A stretch of 63,583 nt of DNA, the filler included, from Saprolegnia diclina VS20 (taxonomy: Eukaryota), in assembly GCF_000281045.1 (NCBI RefSeq). It is 5 parts of 2 records of this genome, joined end to end, with 100 filler letters (N's around TTAATTAATTAA, not from the genome) between each part and the next. Parts side by side here need not be neighbours in the genome. Positions count along the whole stretch, not along the records: positions 19,697 to 47,832 come from NW_008246098.1; 4 more parts are not named here. One strand, 5' to 3'. Below are positions 30,571 through 42,669 of this stretch, piece after piece (the stretch's first letter is position 1; each line of letters opens with the position of its first letter). Below the pieces are notes generated by a model. That model ran no database searches, had not been told where the DNA came from, and saw only the letters and a program-made list of their open reading frames with translations. The position numbers and the translations under genes are program-made.

Positions 30571-32084
30571 CGTGCGCGTCGATTTTGCCCGACCAAGGTC
30601 GTTGCAAAGTGTGTTTGGTGGCAGGAGCGTGATGCAAATGATGTGTGTGGGACGACCAACGTGCGATCCGTCAAAAGCGTCCCACCTTCGTTTACTGTAG
30701 GTCGCTATATTTAACCCACAAAGAAGCAAGCCTCTCCAGAAGTACCACAAGGACCGTGGCGCAACGCTGGTTCACAGAGCAGCCAAGATACGGCGATACA
30801 TACTACAATGTACATGTTCAGCCCATTGCGTGGTGAGAATGCACTGCGTCTGGTGTTCGATGCCATAGCCGTGTGTACCAAACCATCCTGACTGATCCTC
30901 CGATTGTTGACAGCATAGCATTGTCCCGCCATGTTTTTTGGCGGGAAGATGAAACGGCTCACGATCCAAGCCATTCAAGATGGTCCTACACGTGCTGTAC
31001 GAGATAAAATGTCTTGCGCAACACGGCGTTGGCCAATAGTATACCGACTAGTTCGACTAGTTAGGTATCGATGCTGCTGACACCTATAGCAATGCAGAGC
31101 TCCCGCCTCGGACTTGTAGTGGTTATTTCTAGGAAAAGATGCCGCACGTGCCTGCGGTGCTTGCGATTGGTGGGTGATGGCGCGCTCGGCGTTTCAAGCC
31201 GGCACTCGCTCAGCTGACCAAACTTAGCGGTTTGAGGAGTTTTACATGATGACGGCAAAGAACCGTGTCGGTCATCCGGTGCCGCAAACCCTCACGAGGT
31301 CAGCGGTGCCACGCGACGAGTGCCCGGCACGGAGCTTGGTTGATGTTGTGGGCGAGCGACATACACAAGCGCAGAGAGTACTACAGTATAGTCGTTTGCT
31401 CTTATCGTCATGCAGTCATATGTGGTGATCCAGAGCATTTCGCAGCATTTTCGTACAGTATCCATGATTAATCCATGATTTTGAGGTAACGTTATGGAAA
31501 ATGTCAGTACATTCGAGTGGTTTTATTGAATAATAGCCACTGAATAAAATGTCTTCGGAGACCCTAGTATCCGGATAAGGGAGCTAATTCCTACATCAAG
31601 GTACGATTTGTCCACATGCACAACACTTTTCACTCAGAATACAATCTCCTCGACATTTCACTGGTGCCCACCACCTTGTACAGTTTGTATAAGAGTATCT
31701 CGAGCAATGTACAACTGTATACATAGGACAGAACATCGCCGATCGAGGTGCTGCAGTGTCGCTGCCGGCGCAACCGGATCTCGCCCTGCTCGTCTGTTTT
31801 AGCGCACAACACAAGTGACTTCGCCAACTTCGTGCCTGCGAATCGCACTCCCGTCGTTGCCAACTACGATGTCGTCCCTTAACCGAGCTTATGCAATGAA
31901 AAAGGTTCACCATCATTTAGGATCCTATTATCTTTCGCTGGAAATGTCCAACCCCACCACAGCTCTGTCCCGAGACCCAAGGCTCTCTCTCAATCCCGTC
32001 AATGGCGATCATGACAACTGAAATCAAATAAAAAGCAAGTGTTGTATGAAAGAGAGCAATAGACAGCATGTTGGTATGAAACAT

Positions 32085-34073
32085 CTACTGGATCGCGACC
32101 GACGTGTCTTTGAGAATCTTGATGTTGAATACGAGCGCTGTCACATCGTTCAAGCCGGCATTCAACAAGTGAACATGGCCGTTGCTGTCTTGCGCGACGA
32201 TGCATTTGGCGTTGCCCTTGCCATCTTCGCTCGACGTCGACATGGTCACGGACGACGTCTGCAGCATCTTCTTTTTCGCGCGGAGCTCCTTCTCGGGCAG
32301 CCCAAAGCACCGCAGATGGTTCATGAAGAACCACTGCAGCGTACTGAGCCGACGCGCCTTGCAGATGAGCAGCGACCCGTGACCGCCGACGTCAGAGTCC
32401 GGCGCAATACCCTCAAGGTAGTCGCAGACGATCGAGCTGCTGTTAAAGATGGCTTGGCGTGCGAGTGAGTTTTTCGCGAGAAACGCCCAGTGTTTGTACC
32501 GAAAGACATGGTCGAGCGTCGTGATGCCGAGGACGTTGACGATCAGGAGGACAATAATCGAGGGAACGCAGCGAATAAAAAATGCATCGTAGGCGTCAAC
32601 GTGAATCGGGTCCAAAATCTCGGTGCCAAAGTCGAGCTCGATGTTGACGCTGTTGTTGTACTCGACAAACGATGGAACGAAAACGAGAAGCGCAGCACTC
32701 AAGTACACGAACGAGACGCTCGACAAGTTGAAGTAGCCCATGACACGGCTCTCGCCACTGTAGCTGGCCGTGCTCAGAACGCTCCACCCGAGTTTGAGCA
32801 TCTTTAAAAAGAGACAGTTGAGCCACAAGAGACGGATGCTCAGCGCATAGAGCTGCAGCGACACACCAAATTGAGGCGCGAGCGAATTATAGTATTGCAA
32901 GTTGCGAATCGCGACGTACCACGTGGCCATGTCCAGAATCACGCTCGCTGCAAACAGCAGCACAAACAAATCGGAATTGTAGCAAAACATGTCAAAGCTC
33001 AGCGCCAAACTCGGGTACGGAAAGTACTTTGGCGAAATCGTGCCCAATAGTTTCGAAAAAATCGAGTCGGTGACGCTCAGGTCGACGTCGTCCCACTGCA
33101 CAGTTTTGCGACTCCCGAGGTAGCCGCCAATGGCAAACGCGATCGCGATCGCCTTGAGGTAATTTGACGCAGTCGAAAATTTTGATTGCGGCAGCATGAA
33201 CCCGAGCTTGTACATCGACTTGTCCACGTTGGCACTCTTCTGCACCTTCATCACGGACGTGGCGTCGTCGTAGAGAAGCGTGAGGTTGCATTTGCCGTGG
33301 CCAAGCACGACGATGGGCGTGAACCCGCTGCAAAAGCTCCGTGGCGACAGCTTGTAGTACGAGATGACAATCTGCTGCGTTTGGGCGCTCTTGGCAATCT
33401 TGAACGGGTCCGACAGGCGCAAATCGGCTACATTACGTGCTGCTGTATAGCCCAGCGCCAAGAGCTCGCTGCTGCCCATGGCCGATGTCGCCAAGTCGTG
33501 GGTCGCGTCTTTTGTAAAGAAATGGCTCCACGCACTGCCTCGAACGAACGTGACCGAGCTCGAGACGACCGCAATCTTGATCCGCTCCGCATCCAGATTC
33601 ACATCGTAGTGGCCTTCAAAGGTGCTGCAGAGGTCTGTGGTCGCGGGCAGGTCGTAGGCGCCAGCCGACACGACATAGTAGTTGGTCTCGAGACTGACCA
33701 ATTCGGATAATGTCAAGTTGAGCATCCAGCCGCCGATCTGCGAAATATCAGCGAGCGCCCGCTCGCGCGCAAACGCGTACGCCGCCGAGAGACCCGAGAA
33801 GTCCGTGACGGTCGCGATCGGGGTGCGAAAGAACTGAGCGTTGCTAATCGCGTCGTTTAGCGCCCAGTTGTTGGCCAGCGTGTCAATGATAACGAGCACG
33901 AGCACGATCGTGCCAAGAACCGTGACAACGATTTGAACAATCTGCTGGGTACGGGAGGACGATGCGCTTGGCACAAGAATGCCGCTGACCGTCGGGCCCG
34001 TGGGTACAATCGCGGTGCTGCCACTGGTGGGCATGGGAAAATGCGTTGTGAGGGCTGTTGCAGGCTGCTCCAT
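32085..34073 (-). CDS. 6-TM family copy C
   Basis: 662-aa ORF with family motifs; SFCSGF variant of the CxGC motif. Confidence 0.9.
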   Translation of the reverse strand: MEQPATALTTHFPMPTSGSTAIVPTGPTVSGILVPSASSSRTQQIVQIVVTVLGTIVLVLVIIDTLANNWALNDAISNAQFFRTPIATVTDFSGLSAAYAFARERALADISQIGGWMLNLTLSELVSLETNYYVVSAGAYDLPATTDLCSTFEGHYDVNLDAERIKIAVVSSSVTFVRGSAWSHFFTKDATHDLATSAMGSSELLALGYTAARNVADLRLSDPFKIAKSAQTQQIVISYYKLSPRSFCSGFTPIVVLGHGKCNLTLLYDDATSVMKVQKSANVDKSMYKLGFMLPQSKFSTASNYLKAIAIAFAIGGYLGSRKTVQWDDVDLSVTDSIFSKLLGTISPKYFPYPSLALSFDMFCYNSDLFVLLFAASVILDMATWYVAIRNLQYYNSLAPQFGVSLQLYALSIRLLWLNCLFLKMLKLGWSVLSTASYSGESRVMGYFNLSSVSFVYLSAALLVFVPSFVEYNNSVNIELDFGTEILDPIHVDAYDAFFIRCVPSIIVLLIVNVLGITTLDHVFRYKHWAFLAKNSLARQAIFNSSSIVCDYLEGIAPDSDVGGHGSLLICKARRLSTLQWFFMNHLRCFGLPEKELRAKKKMLQTSSVTMSTSSEDGKGNAKCIVAQDSNGHVHLLNAGLNDVTALVFNIKILKDTSVAIQ

Positions 34074-34836
34074 TGTGGGCTATTCCTAGCATAAGATTTG
34101 TAGCACTTCATGTATTAATAACGCCAACACGCAATCGGCGCGACTAAAAACCGAAAAAGAAAGTGAGCGTACTTGGAGCACAGCTTTACACTGTCAGGTG
34201 TCGTTGCACGACCTGTCTAGTGCAAGTACAGGGCGCGATGCCTCCCTTTCGCTCCTTGGACACCAACCCATGGCCATAGCATGAAAACGCACGACTATGG
34301 AGCCCCATGTATTTTTACGCGGACGTGCATTTGTGATTGAAACGATCACCCCGAGCCGAGGGCATGGCGGTGGTTCATGAGCCACGAAAACAATATTCGA
34401 TATGCGGGCATGGAGTCGTCAGAGGTCGAAAAGGGCGTACTGCCGCCCAGCCTCGGGGGGGAGTGGTCGTTGGGGTGGCTTGATTTTAACGGGAGCCGAC
34501 CTCTGAAATAAGAGTGGTTTCGCAACTTGGCTCTAAAAATGGTTTCAACGCGCTGCGTCGCAATACTCCCCTGCATTATTCTTGCTTTTTGTATCGATCG
34601 GAAAGAGCACGACCGTCTTCAGCCATGGACTCGAGTCGAGTAGTCGCTGAGTCGACGTATATCGGGCTTTGTTTGGTGAGTTTCGCTCCCGAAACCCGAC
34701 CTTCCAAGTACCGAGCAGAGTTTTCGACGCAAAGCGCAGTGGTGGATTCACCGTTCATTTTAACCACATCGCAATTGCGTGGGAACTATATCCAAGTGCG
34801 ACAATGCTTCGTAGCTATGTGGCACACAAGTTGGAG

Positions 34837-34952
34837 CTGACTGACTGGCTGACTAACTAACTAGCTACCTACTCGACTAACTAACTAACATACTAACGAC
34901 TAACTGAACAACAGGCAGATGGACTGATTGCTCGATTGACTGATTGGATTGA
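34837..34952. repeat. Degenerate (ACTA/ACTG/GATT)n low-complexity repeat
   Basis: ctgactgactggctgactaactaactagcta...ctaactaactaac...gattgactgattggattg. Confidence 0.7.
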
Positions 34953-35290
34953 AATATTTGCATGTAGACTCATAGTAAATGCTCTGGTAAATGCTGCATC
35001 TACCGAGTTGCATGTGTGTACTTACGTGTGTCGGACGTCGGCAGCCGAGATCTCCCTAACGTAAAATGAGTTAGAGCTGGCCCAACGACAGCGAGGGGTG
35101 TTATCCGTCGTTGGGACATCAAGCCCCATTCGTCGCGCGCGAGCTTGGATAAATGATCTGTCGCTTGGTTCAAGTCACGAGGACAGTGTACATGTACCTA
35201 AATAATTCGCTCCCATCCCAGAGAAAAGTCGCGCGGCGACAATCACAATAACTTTTCACGGTTGTTGTTAACATTGAAAACATATATATG

Positions 35291-37240
35291 CTACTGAATC
35301 GCGACGGTCGAGTCTTTAAGAATTTTGATGTTGTACACAAGTGCCGTCACATCGTTCAAGCCACCATCCAACAAGTGAACATGGCCGTCGCTGTCTTGCG
35401 CAACGATGCATTTGCTGTTGCCCTTGACATCTTCGCTCGACGTCGACGTCATCGCGGTGGAAGTTTGCATCATTTTTTTCTTGGCGCGGAGCTCCTTCTC
35501 GGGCAGCCCAAAGCAGCGCAAATGGTTCATGAAAAACCACTGCAGCGTACTGAGCCGGCGCGCCTTGCAGATGAGCAGCGACCCTTGGCTGTCGACGTCC
35601 GGATCGGGTACAATATCATCGAGGTAGTCGCAGACGATCGAGCTGCTGTTGAAGATGGCTTGACGCGCCAGCGAATTTTTCGCGAGAAACGCCCAGTGTT
35701 TGTACCGAAAGACATGGTCGAGCGTCGTGATACCGAGAACATTCACAACCAAAAGCACAACAATCGACGGGATGCAGCGGAGATAAAAGCCATTAAAGGC
35801 ATCGACATGAATCGGGTCGAGGATCTGTGACGTGTACGATAGCTCGATGCTGACGCTGTTGTTGTACTCGACAAACGCCGGGACGTAAAATAAGAGCGCG
35901 GCGCTCAGATACAAGAACGTGACGCTCGACAAGTTGCAGTAGCCCATGAGTCGACTCTCGCCATTGTACGACGCCGTGCTCAGGATGCTCCAGCCGAGTT
36001 TGAGTACTTTGAGAAATAGACAGTTGATCCACAAGAGACGGACGCAGAGCGCGTAGAGCTGCAGCGAAATGCCAAATTGCGGCACGAGTTTGTTGTACAA
36101 TTGAATGTTGCGCATTGCGACGAACCAGTTGCCCATGTCGAGCAGTGTGCTGATGGCAAAGAGTAGCACAAACCAGTCGGAGTTGTAGCAAAACATTCCA
36201 AAGCGAAGCGCCAAACTCGGGTACGGAAAATACTTGGGCGACACGGTCCGCAACACTTTGGCAAAAATCGAGTCGGCCTCGGCATGGTTGACTTCTTTCC
36301 ACTGCACAGTTTTGCGACTCCCGAGGTACCCACCGATCGCAAATGCAATCGCAATCACCTTGAGGTAGTGCGCCGCGGACGAGAACGACGACTTTGGCAG
36401 CATCAACCCGAGTTTGTACGTCGACATGTCGACGTTCGCACTACGGAGCACCGTCATGGAGGCCGTGGCGTCGTCGTACACGACGGTAAAGTTGCAACTT
36501 CCATGCCCGAGCTCCACCACGGGCGTGCACCCGCTGCAAAAGCTTCGCGGAAAGATCCGGTAGTAGCTCATCATGACGTGTTGGGTCGACGACGTATTGG
36601 CAATGTTGAACGGGTCGGACAAGCGCAGATCGACTGTGAGGCGTGTGGGCACATAGCCCAAATCCAAGAGCTCATTGCTGCGCATTTTGGACGTCGCCAG
36701 CCTCTCGGACGTGTCTTTTGTAAACAGGTGGCTCCATGCACTGCCGCGCATGAACGTGATCGAGTTGGTGATGACGGCAATCTTGAACGAGTCGGCGCGC
36801 AGGTCGACTAGGTACTCGCCTTCAAACGTGCTGCAGAGATCTGTGGTCGCGGGCACTTGGTACGTGCCGGCCGAGACAACGTAGTAGTCGGTGTTGGCAC
36901 CGATCAGCTCGCTCAAAGTGTAGTTGAGCATCCAACCTCCGATTTGGGAAACATCTTCGAGCGCAAGGTCGAGGCGAAACCGATACGACGCCGAGACGCC
37001 CGAGATATCCAAGACGGTCGCGATCGGTGTCTTGAAGCAGTTGCCGTTGCCAATGTAGTCGTTCAAGGACCAGTTGTTGGCAATCGTATCAAAGGCCACA
37101 AGCACGAGCACGCAAGCGCCAATGATGACGACGACCGCGCGGTAGAGCTGTTGGAGACGGGGCGACGCCGCGCTCGTGACTGCGGCGCCGCCGATCGTCG
37201 GCCCAATGGGCATGATCGGGGAGCTGCCGGCGCTGCGCAT
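35291..37240 (-). CDS. 6-TM family copy D
   Basis: 649-aa ORF; closest to copy C. Confidence 0.9.
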   Translation of the reverse strand: MRSAGSSPIMPIGPTIGGAAVTSAASPRLQQLYRAVVVIIGACVLVLVAFDTIANNWSLNDYIGNGNCFKTPIATVLDISGVSASYRFRLDLALEDVSQIGGWMLNYTLSELIGANTDYYVVSAGTYQVPATTDLCSTFEGEYLVDLRADSFKIAVITNSITFMRGSAWSHLFTKDTSERLATSKMRSNELLDLGYVPTRLTVDLRLSDPFNIANTSSTQHVMMSYYRIFPRSFCSGCTPVVELGHGSCNFTVVYDDATASMTVLRSANVDMSTYKLGLMLPKSSFSSAAHYLKVIAIAFAIGGYLGSRKTVQWKEVNHAEADSIFAKVLRTVSPKYFPYPSLALRFGMFCYNSDWFVLLFAISTLLDMGNWFVAMRNIQLYNKLVPQFGISLQLYALCVRLLWINCLFLKVLKLGWSILSTASYNGESRLMGYCNLSSVTFLYLSAALLFYVPAFVEYNNSVSIELSYTSQILDPIHVDAFNGFYLRCIPSIVVLLVVNVLGITTLDHVFRYKHWAFLAKNSLARQAIFNSSSIVCDYLDDIVPDPDVDSQGSLLICKARRLSTLQWFFMNHLRCFGLPEKELRAKKKMMQTSTAMTSTSSEDVKGNSKCIVAQDSDGHVHLLDGGLNDVTALVYNIKILKDSTVAIQ

Positions 37241-37724
37241 GAATGAGAAAAAAGGGATCTGGGGGTTGTACTTTTTGTGATGAAATCGGTTACGCGACTA
37301 TTCGCGGCTTGGGCGCCCTCTTATGGCACCAAAACCAGTACCGTACGGGTTGCACAGGCGGTAGTAGGTGTAGTAGGCGGTGATCTTCCTTGAGAACAGA
37401 GAACATCGAACGAGTCCGGAACGATCGCGTCTCTCGCACAGACGTCGCCGACCGGGGCGCGTCATCCAGGTGCCGCGGCGTCGACGGTGGAGCCACCGGC
37501 TTAATTCGCACCAAGCTATATGTCCTATCCCAATGCGCTGCATCAGATTTTTGGTTTGCCATATCTAGTCTGGGTGAACCTGGGCGGCGAGATAGAGAAC
37601 TGCTAGCTAGCTACTAGAACCTGGTACATTTGTCACCGACGCCGTACCCTACCCCGCGGCGGGTTAGGGGAAAGGCGGGATCGAGCTTTTACACGCAGCT
37701 GCCTCTCTAGCAGCCTCGCCTCGG

Positions 37725-37740
37725 ACTCATTTTGCATTTT
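37725..37740 (+). promoter_or_regulatory. Oomycete Inr/FPR core promoter
   Basis: ACTCATTTTGCATTTT compared with consensus GCTCATTYYNCAWTTT; lies 10 nt before ATG 37751. Confidence 0.75.
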
Positions 37741-37750
37741 GAGGCAAAGA

Positions 37751-38140
37751 ATGGTGCTTGGACTCTGGCGTCGTGTGCCCGTGATGTGGTGCGTGGTGGC
37801 AGCGACGATCGAACAAACGCCGTCCGTCGCCGACTGTGCGGACGGTGCTCTGGATGGCGCCCTCGCACCGACCTTCCGCCGCGCCCATAGCCACATTTGC
37901 GCGACGCAATTCGGTCTTCGTCCAAATGAGCTCATAGTCTACGACAACTTTACCACTGCCGAGATCGAGGTCTATGCGACGTCGACAGCCTGCAAGGCGT
38001 TCTATACCGACGTCATGGAGGCTCTGCGCGCGGTGTCGCCAGTGTGCGTCGTTCCGTCGCTGTCATGGACAACTATGGATATTGCACAACTGACGTTTGC
38101 GGACAAGGTCGCAGCGCTTCGGCGTCGACCCTCTTCGTAG
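37751..38140 (+). CDS. Small 4-Cys elicitin-like protein, probably secreted
   Basis: C-x20-C-x30-C-x17-C. TTAEIEVYATSTAC resembles elicitin TTAQYKLMCASTAC. The signal peptide is weak. Confidence 0.65.
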   Translation: MVLGLWRRVPVMWCVVAATIEQTPSVADCADGALDGALAPTFRRAHSHICATQFGLRPNELIVYDNFTTAEIEVYATSTACKAFYTDVMEALRAVSPVCVVPSLSWTTMDIAQLTFADKVAALRRRPSS

Positions 38141-38313
38141 CGCCGACTGACCGTGTCGCCAACAGGGGTGCATCCGTTTTCTATTTTCAATAGCCGACAC
38201 CCTTAATTTGACATCCAGGACGTCTCATAACAGACTGGTTTATCTACACGACATACAGAGAGTGAGGTCGGCTATGAATACACGTCTACGGGGATCGGTT
38301 TTGACCAGGCAGG

Positions 38314-38721
38314 ATGGCAGCAGCAGCCCAGGTCGCGTCGCTGGCCGGCGTCATCGCCACGATTGCGCGCTGTATACGCTGCCCGTACACGCTGCACAAC
38401 CTGCTACGAGCGTTGCCAGGTGACAGCCTCATTGCGCCGCTCGTGAGCTTTCTCGCGCTATCGCAGCGTCTGCCTGTCGCCGACCTCTGGCCGTCCCTGC
38501 GCGCTTCGGCCTGGCTCTCTCACCGTGACGTGTTTATGGATGGTCTGCGCCTCCTCGCGCTGCCATTGCCGCTCTCGCTCGATACGTGGCAGGCAGTCGA
38601 CACGCTGCGAATGCATGCGTCGCAGGTCATCGCATGCTTCCCGGCGCAGCGCAGGAAGTTGAGTTTTCGCCGTCCAGATCGACGCAACAGTAGGCGAGAG
38701 AGCCATTTGCTTCTAGCCTAG
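38314..38721 (+). pseudogene. Truncated family I cap-only ORF (duplicate fragment on the minus strand at 61997-62283)
   Basis: VIATIARCIRCPYTLHNLLRALP..LIAPLVSFLAL...LWPSL, with no LRRs following. Confidence 0.6.
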
Positions 38722-39354
38722 TCCCTGCTAACCCGCCACGCCACCACTCCCAATGGCTAGCGGTCAATCGTGTCGTCTCTTGCCCACTCGAGCGTCGAAA
38801 AATCGACTTNNNNNNNNNNNNNNNNNNNNNNNNNNNNNNNNNNNNNNNNNNNNNNNNNNNNNNNNNNNNNNNNNNNNNNNNNNNNNNNNNNNNNNNNNNN
38901 NNNNNNNNNNNNNNNNNNNNNNNNNNNNNNNNNNNNNNNNNNNNNNNNNNNNNNNNNNNNNNNNNNNNNNNNNNNNNNNNNNNNNNNNNNNNNNNNNNNN
39001 NNNNNNNNNNNNNNNNNNNNNNNNNNNNNNNNNNNNNNNNNNNNNNNNNNNNNNNNNNNNNNNNNNNNNNNNNNNNNNNNNNNNNNNNNNNNNNNNNNNN
39101 NNNNNNNNNNNNNNNNNNNNNNNNNNNNNNNNNNNNNNNNNNNNNNNNNNNNNNNNNNNNNNNNNNNNNNNNNNNNNNNNNNNNNNNNNNNNNNNNNNNN
39201 NNNNNNNNNNNNNNNNNNNNNNNNNNNNNNNNNNNNNNNNNNNNNNNNNNNNNNNNNNNNNNNNNNNNNNNNNNNNNNNNNNNNNNNNNNNNNNNNNNNN
39301 NNNNNNNNNNNNNNNNNNNNNNNNNNNNNNNNNNNNNNNNNNNNNNNNNNNNNN

Positions 39355-40912
39355 AGGGCACGACGCGGAGGTAAAAGCTGTCAAAGGCGAGGACGTGGAT
39401 GTCATCGAGGTTCTGCACCTTGTGGTTCAGGTCAAAGATGACGCTGTTGGAGTACTCGATGAACGGCGGCACGTACATCAGCACGATCGCGCTAATGTAC
39501 AAAGACGTGACGTTGGTCAAGTTGAGGAATCGCATGAGCTACGCAAAAAATGAAAAATGACAAGAGTTGTACAATGGTCCACGATAGATATAAATATCAG
39601 AACATACCTTGTTTTCGCCATTGTACGTCGACGTCGTCACGAGGTTGCACAGAATTTTGAGCACTTTGAGCACCGCGCAATTGATCCACAAGAGACGGGT
39701 ACTCAGCGCATATTGCTGAATGTTGTACACAATATTCGGCGACGGCGCGTTGAAGAGATTGATGACGCGCAGGTACATGAGGCAGTTGCCAATGTCGAGG
39801 AGCACGCCAATCGCAAAGAGAAACACGAAAATGTCGGAATTGTAGCAAAACATATCAAAGCGCAGCGCCAAACTCGGGTACGGAAAGTACTTCGGCGAAA
39901 TCGTGCGCAAAATTTTCGAAAAAATCGAGTCGGCGTTGGCCAAGAGCGCTTCCATGTCGATCCACTGCACCGTGCGACGGCCCGCAAGGTACCCGCCAAC
40001 AGCAAAGAAAATCGCCGTCAACTTGACATAGTGGGACGCCGACGAAAAGCCCGACTGCGGCAGCAAGACACCGACCTTGTACATCGAGCCAAAGTGGTTG
40101 ACACTGCTCGAGATCACCACTTGCTTGGTACTGTCGTTGTACAAGAGCGTCACGTTGCACTGCCCGTACCCGAGCTCCGTCACCGGCGGGCACCCGGTGC
40201 AAAAGCTCCGTGGTGAAATCTTGTAGAACGCTACGAGCAGGTTCTGGGCATACGACACGTTGGCCACGGCAACGCCCGTTGTGAGCCGCATGTCGGTGCC
40301 CGTGCGCCCGGGCACATACCCGAGAGCGCGCAGCTGGACGTCGTTCATGCTTGCGGTCGGCAAGTTCACCGTTGCATCGGATTGAAAAGCATGCGAGAAG
40401 GTATTGCCCCGAAAGTACGTCACGACGTTCGAGGCAAATCCGAGTCGGGCGATCGGTGACGCGGCCACGTCATGCGGGTACGTGGCGCGCAAGATCTTGC
40501 ACTGGTCGATGCTTGGCGTGAGCGGAAACGACCCGACCGAGAGCACGTAGAGGTCCGGGCTCTTGGTCACCATGGCGTGAACTGTATAATTGACCATCCA
40601 AAACCCGATTTTGGACACATCGTCCAACCCGCGGGCGACAGGAAAGCTATACTGCGCCGCGAGGTCCGACGCATGCGAGACGGTGGCGACCGGCGTCGTG
40701 AAGGCGTACGCGTCGCCGACAAAAGCGTTGATTTCCCAGTTGTTGGCGACGCTATCGATCGCAACCAGCACGACAACGACGAGGCCAATGACAAAGTCCA
40801 CGCGCCGCAGAAACGCATCCAGCCGCGGCCGTTGCTTGGCGCGGACGACGTGGGACATGGGCCCGATCCCGACCACGGATGTCGGCGCCGTCGCCGACGA
40901 CATGAACGGCAT
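39355..40912 (-). CDS. 6-TM family copy E (one intron, 39539-39607; 3' end in N gap)
   Basis: Removing the 69-nt GTATG...TAG intron gives GENK|LMRFLNL, which aligns with GESRLMGYCNL in copy D. Confidence 0.87.
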
Positions 40913-42669
40913 GCTTGTACTGCGAGAATGGTTGTGACTCAGTCGGTTGAAGTTAAATTTGGCAAAAAGGCAGCCAAAAGGCGCCTTGCGTTTCGTCAAT
41001 GACGCGTCGTGTCACACGATATCATGCTTGATGGAACTTGTAGTGTCGTACATGGACCAGCCCACGGTCCATTCGCAGTGTATGGCTCCTTGATACAAGG
41101 TACCACGCGACAGGAAGGAATAGTTTTTTGTACGAGCTTGCGCTGGACAGCAGATCCCCAGGAAATGTTTACTGAGGTTATAAACTTTCTGCAAAGTATA
41201 TGGCGTTGATAGTACTGTAGGTATGCTGTGGTGCAAATCAAATGCGATGAATGCCATCGACATTTGTGTTTTGGCGCCACTCTAAGTTTGACACCCGATG
41301 CTAGCGTCGGGAACGAGGCCCGGGGTGCATCGCAAGCCACTTTGCACTTTGTGATGGATATACCCCGGGGTACATGACGTGGCACGGCGTGCGACGAGAC
41401 GTGCGTTTGGCATTTCGCTCACGGAATTGCATTCCTATTGGGCGCCTGGATGGCAGTTTCCTATCTTGTTGAAGTGGATATGCGTCGCATCGAGTGAAAA
41501 AGGGAAAAAGATAGCACCGAGGGTGTAAGTATGCCCTTGGTTGCACACGAGCGAACTACATCGGGTTCGATTCGACTTGTTGACGGCTTCCAACGCGGGT
41601 GTTTCCGCGTCCGTAGGGTCTTCGTGCAAAAGCGCAAGGAAAGGACAGCGCGTGTGCCAAACTAGCGCGTCCAACGGTCAAGGATGTAACACGAAACCTC
41701 CTCAGTGGCCGCGCCTGTATCGATTTTGATGCAGGATCGCGCAGACGCATCACTTGCGCAAGTAACTCGATTGTGCGCTATCGTGGAGGCACACACGCTG
41801 TACTGAACGCGTGTGTCTTCTTCGAACGACTTTGCCGGGCACGGCCACCTCTACGCGCATCATAGACGAGACGCGCTTCTTCTTCGTCGAACCAAGAGAT
41901 GCAGAACAGTCGCCGGTCCTCTCCTATCGCCTCTGGAAGGACAATGTCTAGCCATCCCGGTGGTGATGCCGCGGAGAAGAGTGTGTACTAGTACCACGGA
42001 CAATAGGAGGGGTGTGATGCGCAAACGTCAATGCGATTTAGGTACAGTAGGACACATTCGAGCATGGACATGGTCGCGGGATACTTGACACGAGCTGGCG
42101 GCAAAGACACGTCGCAGGTTTACGTCGTGTCGCTGCAAGACACAACCATACGAGGCTGCCTCCTTCTGGCCATCTCCACGGGCAACGACAGGTTTTCGAT
42201 GCAAGCGCACTATCGGTAGAGAGCCTGCGCCTTCCCAGATCCGTCGCGATCGTCCATCTGGGACGCTCGTCGCTTGTCGCTCGTCGGCAACATGCACCAT
42301 CGTTGCTCGTTTAGCGTTCAAGTACATTCAAAACCGTTCGGGCATGTATCGAGACAACCATCAAGACGCGTGGGTGGCTTGACGTCAACGCCGCGGATGT
42401 GGCGGTGGTGGCTGCAGGCTGCAAAGACGCGCTGCCACGTCACGAAGCGTTTCAATGCTGGCCAATCAACGACAAGAAAGAAGCCGTTTGGACAGCTGCG
42501 TGCGACGACAGGGAGCGTGCGTAGCGCGGACGACCGACCGAACAAGCTTGAAGCACCACGCTTCTCAATCCGAGCATCTGCACGTCCCATCGACGAGGCT
42601 GTTACGCGTCGCATTTCTGTAGCACAATTGGCGCCGTCCCTCTCGCTGTCGGCTTCATTTCGTAATAGG

